From: Octopus sinensis
Taxonomy: Eukaryota
Direction: 5' to 3'
DNA length: 64,000 bases
Assembly (NCBI RefSeq): GCF_006345805.1
Contig: NC_043016.1
Span: forward strand, 14,198,001 to 14,262,000
Shown here: piece by piece, positions 12,306 to 23,899 of the stretch
How positions within the stretch are numbered: the first letter of the stretch is position 1
Layout of the letters: every line of letters starts with the position of its first letter
The notes under the pieces: generated by a model
Seen by the model: only the letters and a program-made list of their open reading frames with translations
Told to the model about the DNA's origin: nothing
Databases searched by the model: none
Made by a program: the position numbers and the translations under genes

Positions 12306-12601
12306 AGCAAAGGGTGAAAGACCCATGCCGAAGGTGCCACACAGTGGGACTGAATCTGGAACCATGTTGTTGGTAAGTAAGCTACTTACCACACAGCCAC
12401 TCTTATGCCTATGGTAGTAAGTAAATGTGTTTTAAAAAAGATTTTGAAAAAACTCAGTTTGTAAAGAATAAATGTTTGACTGTCAATGTGAAAGTTACTT
12501 GCATTGTCTGTATATATATATATATAAATATTTATATATGGTAGTAAATGTGTTTAAAAATTTTTTTTTAAATATTCAGTTTGTAGGGAATAAATGTTTG
12601 A

Positions 12602-12992
12602 CTTTACTCTTTTACTTGTTTCAGTCATTTGACTGTGGCCATGCTGGAGCACCGCCTTTAATTGAGCATATCAACTGCAAGACTTATTCTTTTGTAAGCC
12701 CAGTACTTATTCTATCGGTCTCTTTTGCCGAACCGCTAAGTAACGGGACATAAACACACCAACATCGGTTGTCAAGCAATGCTAGGGGGAAAAACATATA
12801 CACACACAAACACACACATGCATATACATATATACGACGGGCTTCTTTCAGTTTCCGTCTACCAAATCCACTCACAAGGCTTTGGTCGGCCCGAGGCTAT
12901 AGTAGAAGATACTTGCCCAAGGTGCCACGCAGTGGGACTGAACCCGGAACCATGTGGTTGGTAAAGAAGCTACTTACCACACAGCCACTCCT
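12602..12992 (-). mobile_element. SINE family A, full length, nested in Helitron
   Basis: Reverse complement of 5060-5467. Confidence 0.9.
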
Positions 12993-13061
12993 GACTGGCG
13001 ATCGTATTTGAAAAAGATTGACAGGTATTTGTATGTGTGTATATTCTCTGTCTATGTATAT

Positions 13062-13450
13062 TACTCTTTTACTTGTTTCAGTCATTTGACTGTCGCCATG
13101 GTGGAGCACCACCTTTAGTTGAGCATATCAACTGCAAGACATTCTTTGAGAGCCTAGTACTTATTCTATTGGTCTTTTTTGCCGTACCACTAAGTTACTG
13201 GGATGTAAATACACCAGCATCGGTTGTCAAGCGATGTTGGGGGGACAAACACAGACATACAAACACATACATATATGTACATAAATACGACGGGCTTCTT
13301 TCAGTTTCCGTCTACCAAATTCACTGACAAAACTTTGGTTGGCCCAAGGCTATAGTAGAAGACACTTGCTGAAGGTGCCATGCAGTGGGACTGAACCTGG
13401 AACCATGTGGTTCATAAGCAAGCTACTCACCACACAGCCACTCCTATCCG
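13062..13450 (-). mobile_element. SINE family A, full length, nested in Helitron
   Basis: Reverse complement of 5060-5467. Confidence 0.9.
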
Positions 13451-14145
13451 TATGGTAGTAAGCAAATGTGTTTTAAAAAAGATTTTGAAAAAATTCAGTT
13501 TGTAGGGAATAAATGTTTGACTGACAATGTGAAAGTTACTTGTACAGAGAAATAGTCTTGGAAAGTATGCGTAAAATTGAAGGGGGGAAACTCACAGTTT
13601 GTAGGGAATAAATGTTTGACTGTTGAACGTATTTGAAAAAGATGCGTCACTATTTATTTATTTATTTTGTTATCTTGGTGAAGGACGGTGTTAGAAATGG
13701 GAATTGAACTTACAATTCCTGCTAATTAGAATGAGGTCATTGGTAACCATAGGTACAGATATATGTGTGTATTTATCTGGGATTTGTAGTTGTCTGTTTA
13801 TTTGACTCTCACTGTTTCACCTTCCTTTGTGTATTTTTTTTTGGATCGTTCGTAAATGTTCATAAGAGGAAGTAGCAGTTTAAAGGATTTGTAATGGTAG
13901 AAGAAAGAGGAAAGTAGATTGCATGTGAGGGGGAAATGGTTATGTATGGAGTTTTAACAATTTTTTTCATAATTCTTAGTTATTTTGACCGAAAAATGCC
14001 CCCATGACCCAAGTTATGGTATTTAGAATATTAATTCTGATTTTTTCATTCACAAAATTTGGAATCGTGTAAATGTATGAATTTTCAACATACATACACA
14101 CACAGAAAATCTGCCTTTTATAGATAAGATATATATATGTATATA

Positions 14146-14169
<24 letters not shown>

Positions 14170-14176
<7 letters not shown>

Positions 14177-14340
14177 TATTTGACCAGATCCAGTTGCAAC
14201 CCTGCACAGTTGTTTCGGCTATTGTCTTCAGAACTCTGTTCATCTTTATCCCAGAAAATGAGAACCATTTTATGAAATCGTAGACAGATTTGCCCACAAC
14301 CCCTACTTCGGTCTCAACTCTAAAGTGGGACACCTTCGCT
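14170..14340 (-). mobile_element. C-terminal fragment of an RLE-type LINE (NeSL/HERO-like)
   Basis: ETEVGVVGKSVYDF...LKTIAETTVQGCNWIW resembles the EVGxRG...SxWIW end of restriction-like-endonuclease LINEs. Confidence 0.5.
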
Positions 14341-14521
14341 CAGTAGAATGATTTCGTCAATTTAGAGAGAAAGCACTTTTTTCCTTTATCTCTCAAGTAT
14401 TAAACAAAGACCATGCTGTGGCACCGTCTTCAAGAATACTAAAAAGAATCAAGGCAACATCAGTTGTCAAGCGATGGTAGGGTACAAAAAGAACACACAC
14501 AAACATATATAAATGTATGTT

Positions 14522-14552
<31 letters not shown>

Positions 14553-14607
14553 TTATATATATATATATGTCTATATATATATATTTATATACATATCCCA
14601 TACACAT

Positions 14608-14646
<39 letters not shown>

Positions 14647-14678
14647 ATCAAAATAAGCAACAAGGATATCCAAAGGTA

Positions 14679-14767
14679 ATGCAGTACAATCGTTTCATGT
14701 AACTCCATTTAATTGAACAATGCAATCATTACTTCAATTTAAAATGTAGAGCAATCTTCAGCTGCAT
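14679..14767 (-). ncRNA. Type-I hammerhead ribozyme with long stem II
   Basis: ATGCAG-CTGAAGA-[~58-nt imperfect hairpin]-GAAAC-gatt-GT-A-CTGCAT; 6-bp stem I, intact core. Confidence 0.75.
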
Positions 14768-15080
14768 AAAAATATAGAATTTAGTTAAATTTGAAGGATT
14801 CATTTGTATAGTTTTCTTTTTATCCAAAACCACAAAGATAAGTAGATAGATGTTCTTTGTCTATCTACTTATCCTGTGTGTCTGTTTGTCCCCCCAACAT
14901 CGCTTGACAACTGATGCTGGTGTGTTTACGTCCCCGTAACTTAGCGGTTTGGCAAAAGAGACTGATAGAATAAGTACTAGGCTTGCAAAGGATAAGTCCT
15001 GGGGTCGATTTGCTTGACTAAAGGCGGTGCTCCAGCGGGGGCACAATCAAATGAGTGAAACACGTAAAAGAGTAAACTAT

Positions 15081-15173
15081 AGAAAACATTATTCTAAAAA
15101 TCAATAGAGTACATAAACAATAAATAGTAAATATTGTTTATGTACTCTATTGATTTTTAGAATAATGTTTTCT
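15081..15173. repeat. ~42-bp perfect inverted repeat with ~9-nt spacer
   Basis: AGAAAACATTATTCTAAAAATCAATAGAGTACATAAACAATA and its reverse complement. Confidence 0.85.
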
Positions 15174-15283
15174 TGTTATATATCACATTTTTCTTGTAGT
15201 ATATCACATTTAAACACAGATATCTTTATTCTGATGTGTAATTTTATATCTCACATTCTGTATTTGACATACTTGATTTTACA

Positions 15284-15334
<51 letters not shown>

Positions 15335-15354
15335 TATATATATATATATATATA

Positions 15355-15612
15355 AAATAATATGTTACTTTTACTCAATAGTCAAGATAAAACTCTTAGT
15401 TTCAGATGCCGAGGTGGAAATCCACAACACCATCTCTTCGGTTATCTGGCCATCTGTAGAGATGGTGTTGTGGATTTCCACCTCGGCATCTGAAACTCAG
15501 AGTTTTATCCTGGCTATTGAATAATTGTCACATTATTTTACAGATAAATTCCTCTATTTACATAATATTGAGGTCTCTTTCTTTCTTTTGTTATCTTACC
15601 GTTTTCACCAAT
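15355..15612. mobile_element. Inverted Penelope-like pLTR remnant in TA microsatellite
   Basis: Arms 15355-15437 / 15458-15539 plus one-sided ~70-bp tail; hammerhead at 15385-15447. Confidence 0.7.
15385..15447 (-). ncRNA. Hammerhead motif, CCGAAGA core variant
   Basis: AGATAA-CCGAAGA-GATG..GTGGA-tt-TCCAC..CATCT-GAAAC-taaga-GT-T-TTATCT. Confidence 0.6.
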
Positions 15613-16104
15613 ATATATATATATAGAGATATATAAATTCATGTTTATAATGTATAATTTATAAATTTTAATTCTTAATATTACAAGTATAATTTTTACT
15701 CTTAATTTTTAATCTTTAATGCTTAATTGTATTGCTTATTTTTAAAGGGATGTACAAGTAGATATATAAAAGTTTGAAACAGAACCTGAAGATGTGTTGG
15801 AATAATTGTAAATCTGATGATTGCATATATGTATTTATATATATATATATATATATATATAGGTATACAGTTGTGTATATGTATATATATTGTAATCTTC
15901 CAATACGTAAAAGCACCCCCTACACTCTTGGAGTGGTTGGCATTAGAAAGGTCATCCAGCTGTAGAAATATTACCAGATCATTTTGGAGCCTGGTGCAGC
16001 CTCCTGGCTTCCCAGACCCCAGTCGAACCATCCAACCCTTGCCAGCATGGAAAACGGCCGTTAAACAATGATAATAATGGTATATATATATATATATATA
16101 TATA

Positions 16105-16292
16105 CTTTATTTAAAGCAGCAGAAAATTCAACAAAACCAGTTACTCTGAGTTTCCCGTTGCCGGCAACGGGAAACTCAGAGTAACAGGTTTTGTTGAATT
16201 TTCTGCTGCTTTAAATAAAGCATATTACTCTACCACTGGTATTTGAGTACTCTTTTTTCCACCTTGTTTCACATTTATGTGTTTACTCCAGT
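16105..16292. mobile_element. Near-perfect 116-bp palindrome plus tail; truncated copy of the 41445-41628 family
   Basis: Palindrome centre at 16162/16163 falls in hammerhead stem II (..GTTGCC|GGCAAC..); flanked by (TA)n. Confidence 0.8.
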
Positions 16293-16490
16293 ATATATAT
16301 ATATATAATTACATATATATATACACATACATATACCATTTGACAAAATACACCCATAGAATAAGTACTAGGTTTACAAAAATAAATCTTGGGGTAGATT
16401 TCTTTGACTAAAAGTGGTGCTCCAGCATAGCCAGAGTCACATGGCCGAAGCAAGTAAAAAGTAAAACAATAATAAACTATGCCATTTTAA

Positions 16491-16520
16491 TCTCGAGCAA
16501 CGCTGGTTATCTCTGTTAGT
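16491..16520 (+). mobile_element. Possible isolated Helitron 3' terminus
   Basis: CTCGAGCAACGCTGG hairpin followed by ...GTTAGT, similar to the terminus at 10352-10380. Confidence 0.4.
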
Positions 16521-16521
16521 G

Positions 16522-16560
<39 letters not shown>

Positions 16561-16784
16561 TTGGTCCAACCCATGCTAGCATGGAAAACGGACGCTAAAC
16601 GATGATGATGATGATGATGATGATACTTGCTTCAGTCATGTGACTCTGGCTATGCTGGAGCACCACCTTTAGTCAAAGAAATCTACCCCAGGATTTATTT
16701 TTGTAAGCCTAGTACTTATTCTATTGGTGTACTTTGTCAAACGGCATATGTATCTATGTATGTATGTGTATGTATATATGTGCT

Positions 16785-17867
16785 AGAATAAGAATAGCCT
16801 GGGCTAAGTTCAGAGCTACTACCTCTACTTGTGACAAAGGGCCTCTTGCTCAGAGTAAAAGGTAGACTGTATGATGCATGTGTACGAACAGCCATGCTAC
16901 ATGGCAGTGAAACATGGGCTGTGACTGCTGAGGACATGTGTCAGCTCACAAGGAATGAAACCAGCATGCTCCGATGGATGTGTAATGTTAGTGTGCATAC
17001 ATGACAGAGTATAAGCGCCCTGAGAGAAAAGTTGGACCTAAGAAGCATCAGATGTGGTGTGCAAGAGAGACGACTGCGCTGGTATGGTCATGTGGCGAGA
17101 ATGGATGTGGATAGCTGTGTGAAAAAGTGGCACACCCTAGCAGTTGAGGGAACCTGCGGAAGAGGTAAACCCAGGAAGACCTGGGATGAAGTGGTGAAGT
17201 ACGACCTTCAAACACTGGACCTCACTGAGGCAATGACTAGTGACCGAGACCTTTGGAGATATGTTGTGCTTGAGAAGACTCGGTAAGCGCAAGTGAGACC
17301 ATAACCTTGTGGCCTATCCCAGGGGTGTAACCAGTTCACTTATGCTTGCCTTTCCTTCATTGGACACTAAACTCTGCTTGCGAAGACCTGTTGAGGCAAG
17401 TGAAATCGAAATCAAATTTGATGACTGGCATCCATACAAGTGGAACGCTAAGAGTACCATACAAGATCGGGGCCAGAACAACAAGCTGGCCTCCGAGCCG
17501 ATGGCACGTTAAAAACACCATTCAAGCTTGATCGTTACCTGCGTTGCCTTACTGGCACTTGGGCTGGTGGCACGTGAAGAAACATTCGAGCGAGGTCGTT
17601 GTCAGTGCCGCTGGTCTGGCTCCTTGCAGGTGGCACATAAAAAGCACCATCTGAGTGTGGCCATTGCTAGTACCGCCTGACTGGCCCTCGTGCCGGTGGC
17701 ACGTAAAAGCACCCACTACACTCTCAGAGTGGTTGGCGTTAGGAAGGTAATCCAGCTGTAGAAACTCTGTCACATCAGATTGGAGTCTAGTGCAGCCATC
17801 TCGTTTGCCAGACTTCAGTCAAATTGTCCAACCCATGCTAGCATGAAACAAAGATGATGATGATGAT

Positions 17868-17868
<1 letters not shown>
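16785..17868 (+). mobile_element. 5'-truncated RTE LINE (C-terminal ORF plus 3' UTR)
   Basis: RIRIAWAKF..KGRLYDACVRTAMLHGSETW..RRLRWYGHVARMD..GRGKPRKTW; 3' UTR with tandem units and (GAT)n tail. Confidence 0.9.
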
Positions 17869-17901
<33 letters not shown>

Positions 17902-17910
17902 AAAATACAA

Positions 17911-18647
17911 AATGGGACAAGAAGGCAAAACATCCAGACAGTTAGGTGATACAGAAGAGGGACAACAAAACATCCAGAGAGACGATACAAAGAAAACAAG
18001 GATGGGACATTCGGAGTTTTCTTTTCTCAGTCGAGTTCCAGATTATCTTTGCAATTTCGGCTGGTTGTACTTGAGATTGCTCCAATTTGGCCAGCCCAAA
18101 GGAAAAACTAAGCTAAGAGCATTAGATTCCTTGGAAGAAGGCAGCAAATGTATATGAAATCAAGGACAGAAAAAAAACGGAGAATGTTACACAAATACAA
18201 ATAGCAAGATATAAAAACAGGTGTCTTTCGACTAAGGACGAATTAAATTAAGCTGGCGTGTGTGGAAATAAAGCTTTACATCAGGGATACAAGATTTCAC
18301 AGGCACAGGGAGGAATATAGATGTTGCACAGACGACGGTGGCACCAAGAAATAAAGATCAGGCTTGGCTGAGCACCGGTCACGTGGGGAGAGAAGAGAGA
18401 GAGAGAGGGAGGCAGAGGGACAGAAGAAATAAGGAGGGGCGAGAAAAATAACAGGGAAACAGTGAAATGAAAAGAGGAGGGAAAGTGAGCAAGAAGAGAA
18501 GGCAAGGAAATGTGAGAGAGGGGGAACGAAAGAACAAAGAGTGGAATGAACAAATAAGCATGAAAGGGCTGATAGAAAGAAAGAATAGAGTCGTACAAGA
18601 TTTAGATAAAATATATTTACATATAAGAGAACAAAGTGCACGTACAC

Positions 18648-18684
<37 letters not shown>

Positions 18685-18800
18685 CACACACACAAAATGG
18701 GATAAGAACGCAAAACATCCAGACAGTTAGGTGATACGTAAAAGGGACAACAAAACCTACAGATAGACGATACAAAGAAAACAAGGACGGGTCATCCGTA
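17911..18800. mobile_element. Unclassified repeat with ~105-bp terminal direct repeats, bounded by TA microsatellites
   Basis: 17911-18018 resembles 18696-18803 (AATGGGA.AAGAA.GCAAAACATCCAGACAGTTAGGTGATAC...); partial-tandem layout suggests Penelope-like pLTRs. Confidence 0.5.
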
Positions 18801-18844
18801 GTTATATATAAGGAAAATGAGACAAAATAGAAAATGTTAAAATA

Positions 18845-19395
18845 ATTTTATCATGAATATTCTAGTACCGGTTTCAGTCTTTGCGATTTCTTCAAGTCAG
18901 AGTAAAGCATGAAAAACAATTAAATTGTGGTTCTATATTTAAGAGATGAGGAATTATATACATTATTTACATTAGATGGACATTTGTCCTCATCTTGTTA
19001 ACACAACGTTTCAGCTGATATACCCTCCAACAAACAAGATGAGGACAAATATCCGTCAAGTGTGAGTAATTTAATTAAATTGTGGAAAAAATTAATTAAA
19101 ATGTCTTTTGAAAATATTTCCATAGTTTTCAAATACAAGGGACATTTTCTTTTTTTCTTTCTGTCTGTCTCTTACCGCTGTGAAGGCTTGGTAATAGGTA
19201 GTAGCAGTTCTAAAAGAACTGCACAGGAGTAAAAGAGAGAGAGAGAGAAGGACAGTAAAAAGGAAAATGTCCTTTGTATTTAAAAACTATGGAAATATTT
19301 TAAACAAACATTTCATTTCATTTTTCCACAATTGTCTTTTATGCTTTACTGTAAGACTGAAACCGGTACTAAAATGTACTTCATGATAAAATTAT
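18845..19395. mobile_element. Large imperfect inverted repeat with degenerate hammerhead (18862-18899, minus)
   Basis: Arms ~18845-19175 / ~19235-19395; TTGAAGA-AATC-gcaaa-GACT-GAAAC-cg-GT-A; interrupted by the insertion at 18931-19072. Confidence 0.6.
18931..19072. mobile_element. Truncated inverted copy of the tRNA/hammerhead element with 13-bp TSD
   Basis: Starts with the family terminus TTCTATATTTAAGAGATGAGG; AATTAAATTGTGG duplicated at 18918-18930 and 19073-19085. Confidence 0.75.
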
Positions 19396-20344
19396 ATCAA
19401 CTTGTGTTCCTTTTCAACCTTCTACACACACACACACACACACACATACATATTGTTGATCGTAAGAATTTATAAAGTTTTGAGAGAACATGAAATAATT
19501 TTTTTAATACTGGCTCTCAAGGCACATCACAAAGTTACAAATAACAAATACTGGATTGAAAAATCATTTTGAATAGGAAAAAGTTTTTTAACCTGCTATT
19601 ATTTATAGCTTTATATGATGTGCCTCGAGAGCCTATGTTCTAAAAAGTAATTATATATATATATATATTTTTCCATGCTAGCAAGGGTTGGATGGTTTGA
19701 CCGGGGTCTGGGAAGCCTGGAGTCTGGCACAGCCTCCTGGCTTCCCAGACTCCGGTTGAACCATCCAACCCATGCTAGCATGGAAAACAGACGTTCAACA
19801 TCATCATCGTTTAACATCTGTTTTCCATGCTAGCATGGGTTGGATGGTTCAACTGGGATCTGTGAAGCCAGAAGGCTGCATCAAGCCCAGTCTGATCTGG
19901 CAATGTTACTACGGCTGGATGCCCTTCCTAATGCCAACCACTCTGTAAGTGTAGTGGGTGCTTTTTACGTTCCACCGGCACAGGTGCCAGACGGGGCTGG
20001 CAAACGGCCACAGTCGGATAGTGCTTTTTATGTGCCACCGGCATGGAGGCCAGTCGGGGCGGCGCTGGCAATGGCCACGTTCGGATGGTTCGCTTACGTG
20101 CCACTGGCACTGGTATCACAGCTGCAATTTCCATTGATGTTGACGATGATGACAATATGATATGATATATATATATATATATTTATATATATATTGCTGA
20201 CAGAAGGAAAAGCAAGTGAGATTCATAATTATTTCTATTTCTACCTCTACTTCTTTGTTTGTAAATTCTAAAAGGTACATATCTTTTAATGTAGTACAAC
20301 TTTCAAAAGAATTTATATTAATATCATTTTAATATTGCATTATT

Positions 20345-21270
20345 TAATGTCCATTTTTCATGCTAGCATGGGTTGGACAGTTTTACAGGAGTCGGCCAAC
20401 TGGAGAGCCGCACCAGGTTCCAGTCTGATTTGGCTTGGTTTTTACAGCTGGATGCCCTTCTCAATGCCAACCACTTTACAGAGTGTACTGGGTGCTTTTA
20501 TATGGCACCAGCACACACGAGTCCACAAGATTAGAATCATTCAGCTGAAGAGGGATGTAGGGGTCATGTCTGTATGCATGGACAACTACAACTTTACTTA
20601 GCTTGACATGTCTTCTCAATCACAACAAACCGCCAGAAGTCTTGGTTCCTTGTTCTCCTGTCTGTGAGGCCCAACATCTGAAGACTCTTTCTTGCCACTT
20701 CATCCCATATCTTCCTGGGTCTACTCCTCCTGCATATTCCTTTTATAATTAGAGATGGGCACTTTTTCATGCAACTGCGTTCATTCATACACATCACATG
20801 ACCAAACCAGTGCAGTCGTCTTTCTTGCACACAACATCTGATGCCTCTTAACACCCAGTTTTTCTCTCAAATCCCTTGCACTCTGTCAAATATATACACT
20901 GACATTACTCATCAAGCTGAGCATACTGGCTTCATTTCTTTCAAGCCTTCACATATCCTCAGTAGTTACATCCAATGTCTCACTGCCATGTAGCATAGCT
21001 ATATGTACCCAGGCATCATAAAATCTGCCTTTCACTCTGAGGGAGAGGCCCTTCATTACTAACAATGGTAGTAGCTCTCTGAAGTTCATCCAACCTATTC
21101 TTATTCTATGCTTTTGGAACAACCTCCCCCACTACTAACTCAGTCACCTAAGTAATGGAAACTATCAACTACTTCTAAGGACCCCTCACCCCCGAGATTT
21201 GAGGGATTCTAATTTTTGTACATTCCTGGTGTTTAATGTACTTGCACATCTGCCACATCTATTTTACATT
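20345..21270 (-). mobile_element. Older RTE LINE, 5'-truncated
   Basis: RRLHWFGHVMCMNERSCMKKC..RPRKIWDEV plus KGRFYDAWVHIAMLHGSET region and 3' end. Confidence 0.85.
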
Positions 21271-21299
21271 AGAGAAAATGTGATGCAAATTCATGTTTA

Positions 21300-23899
21300 A
21301 GAGATAAATTTGGTACTTGGGTCCCTTAAGCACAGTATTAGATTAAACAGTGTTGCTTCAAAGAAAGTTAATAATTTTAACGTTATATAATTAAATGTAA
21401 TTAAAGAAAATAACATAACAATAGATAAATAACCTACACAAAATAAATAAAAAAATAAGCAAAACAAATAAAATATTGCAATTAACAAATTCATAATTTA
21501 TATAACCTATATATTTGAAATAATACATTTCATAACACACAGGAATTAGTAATTCTTAACAACCCTCAATCAATAGCAATGTAAAGCTGATACACTTTAG
21601 CTGCCAGAAGTTAAGTTGTGTAACTATTGTAATAAAACAACAATTTCTATATTTTTCTGTGTTTTTATTCTTAGCCTTCCAGTAAGGTTTCTAGAACTCA
21701 ATAGGCTTTCATTTTTTTTTCTTCATTTTCTTTTGTTTTTTTTTTCTTTTACATAACTTAAAAGTCACTGGGTACAGGGTTTACCAAAAAAAATTATAAA
21801 AGTTGATAATGATTATTTTTGTATATAACTGGAATGCCAAAAACCTGTAGATATCCTCAAGTGACTGTTACAGAAGATAAATTCTGTGGGTTAAGTGCTG
21901 TGCAAAAATCAAGAAAAAAAATTCTTAAAAGACTCAATGTGAGTGTTGCAGATGAATTGATGGGTGTAATACAATGATTTAAGAGATGTTTAAAAGAAAG
22001 CAGACACAGTTACTGAAATTATTACATGGAAGGAGTAATAAAAGAGCTTTAAAAAATTGAGAGATTAGAAGAAAATTTTGCTAATAAAATAAATGACTAT
22101 TTTTCTTTTTTTTTTTAGAATACTATTGAGAATAATTATGAATGAAAAGGGGACATGTTTTTATTCTTGGAGAAGTTTGTGGTTAGTTTAGAGTTAGAAA
22201 CTATTCAGCTAGATTATTATTGTGAACAGCAAGCCACATTTGCTTGAGGTAGTTTTCAACATGTAGAAGATATGGTTTTAATTTATTTATGGTTTTTCAA
22301 GATAGGTTACTGAATTACTTACAGAAATGCATTCAATATGAAGAGTCTTCAAATTGATTATATAAATAGAGTTCATTCTCTCTCTCTCTTCCTCTCACTA
22401 AAGTGTATTAATTTTTTTTGGTTTGCTTGTTTTTGTATTTACTACTGCAAGTCAGAAAGATTTTTCACTCATGAAGGGCATAAATAAAAGATGTTTACAA
22501 GATTCCAAAACAAACTAAATAAACCGAAGACTGAAGATTGTATGATTAATGATTATCAAATGAATAACAGGATTCAAAGAGAAAGAAGATCATTAATAAA
22601 ATTAAAACAGTTTGGAGAGATACACAAATTCTGAAAGACATTTTATGTAATGTTCAACTTGAACAGAACACCACTAACATCTACAGATATAGAGCAATAA
22701 GCACAAATGGTGATTATCATGTAAATCATTATGATTATAACAATTACATTCCTCTGCCATGCTCTTTCAAAAATCTGTAATCATGTCAATGGCATCTTAA
22801 ATTTTTGTTTTGATTATGTAAAGTTTTAGAATAATTCCATTTTAATGAAAATGCACAGGAAATATTTTAATGAATTAAGTTTCAAACTGGAACAAAAAGT
22901 TTGTAATGGAATATAAATTATTAACAGTTAACTGCTGCTTTTCAAGTCACTGACTTATAATTCTGATACATTATAAGTTTCCACAGTATCAATTCACAGG
23001 TGTTTGCATTACACTACATCTAAAGTAAATAAAGTTCCTTGCTCAATGCTGCCCAGCAATGTTAGAAGCAAGGGTGTGCTCACAACCTTCAGGGTAGGAG
23101 TCTGCTACTTTAACAACAACAACAATACACACAGCATATCTGTTGTATTTTTTTTTAAATACTTCTTTGTATAAAAAAGTGATATTGCTCATTAATTGAT
23201 TACCAACATTAAAGAAAGATGATTAAGAGTTTTTTTTTTCAAAATGTCTACCTATTCTGTTATGGAAGTCTCCATGCTTTTCTTTTAATACTGGATAATG
23301 TTCTTAGTGGTATAACTTGTATGCTTTACACTGAACCCAAAAAATGGAAGCTTAGATATTACTACTTTACTACGGACGGTCTTGGAACTAAAATAAAAAG
23401 CACACGTCATTTGATATTGAAAGCCATTAGATAATAAGGAAATGAATTTGTATTTCTTGAATACTGAATTAATTTTTGAAAAATTTCTTCATAGAAGAAT
23501 TAGTTTGGACTCAAAATGCAACCAAAAAAATTAATTTTCTTTTCATTTCCACCCAAAATTCAAATGTTATCTGTAGCTGCCAATATAATAAGAGACATCC
23601 AAACCTATTTTAACAGATGGTGCTTATAAATTACTTCACTAACCCTTTTCAATTTCATGATTATTTTATATCTACTTTAAGAACTTTACTTATAAATATA
23701 TTTCACTAATGTAAGTCTATTATTAATTATATTATACCAAGTTACTGCTATAAATATCCAATATTATTGTACAGAAATGGATAGACATAAAATAAATATA
23801 TCCAGAGGCATCACCAAAGAAATGTAGTACAGCAGTATGAGAGTGTAACAATCTAAAAGTAAAAATTTCCAACAACTTGAAGGAAGAATTTTTTGACTC
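21300..23899 (-). other. Probable long 3' UTR of the kelch-like gene
   Basis: Repeat-free AT-rich unique sequence directly downstream of the stop codon; AATAAA candidates (e.g. near 21665); exact end unknown. Confidence 0.45.

Larger units (their letters stand above)
10352..14129 (-). mobile_element. Internally deleted Helitron with both termini
   Basis: 5' end A|TCTTATCTATAAAAGG at 14129; 3' GC hairpin CCCGAGTAACGCTGGG then ...CTTG|T (CTRR-like) at 10352; Rep/helicase remnants inside; nested SINEs. Confidence 0.75.

Noticed and set aside
14205-14235. CTGAAGA...GAAACAACTGT hammerhead-like string on the minus strand
   Set aside because: No stem I or II; lies inside LINE coding remnant LKTIAETTV
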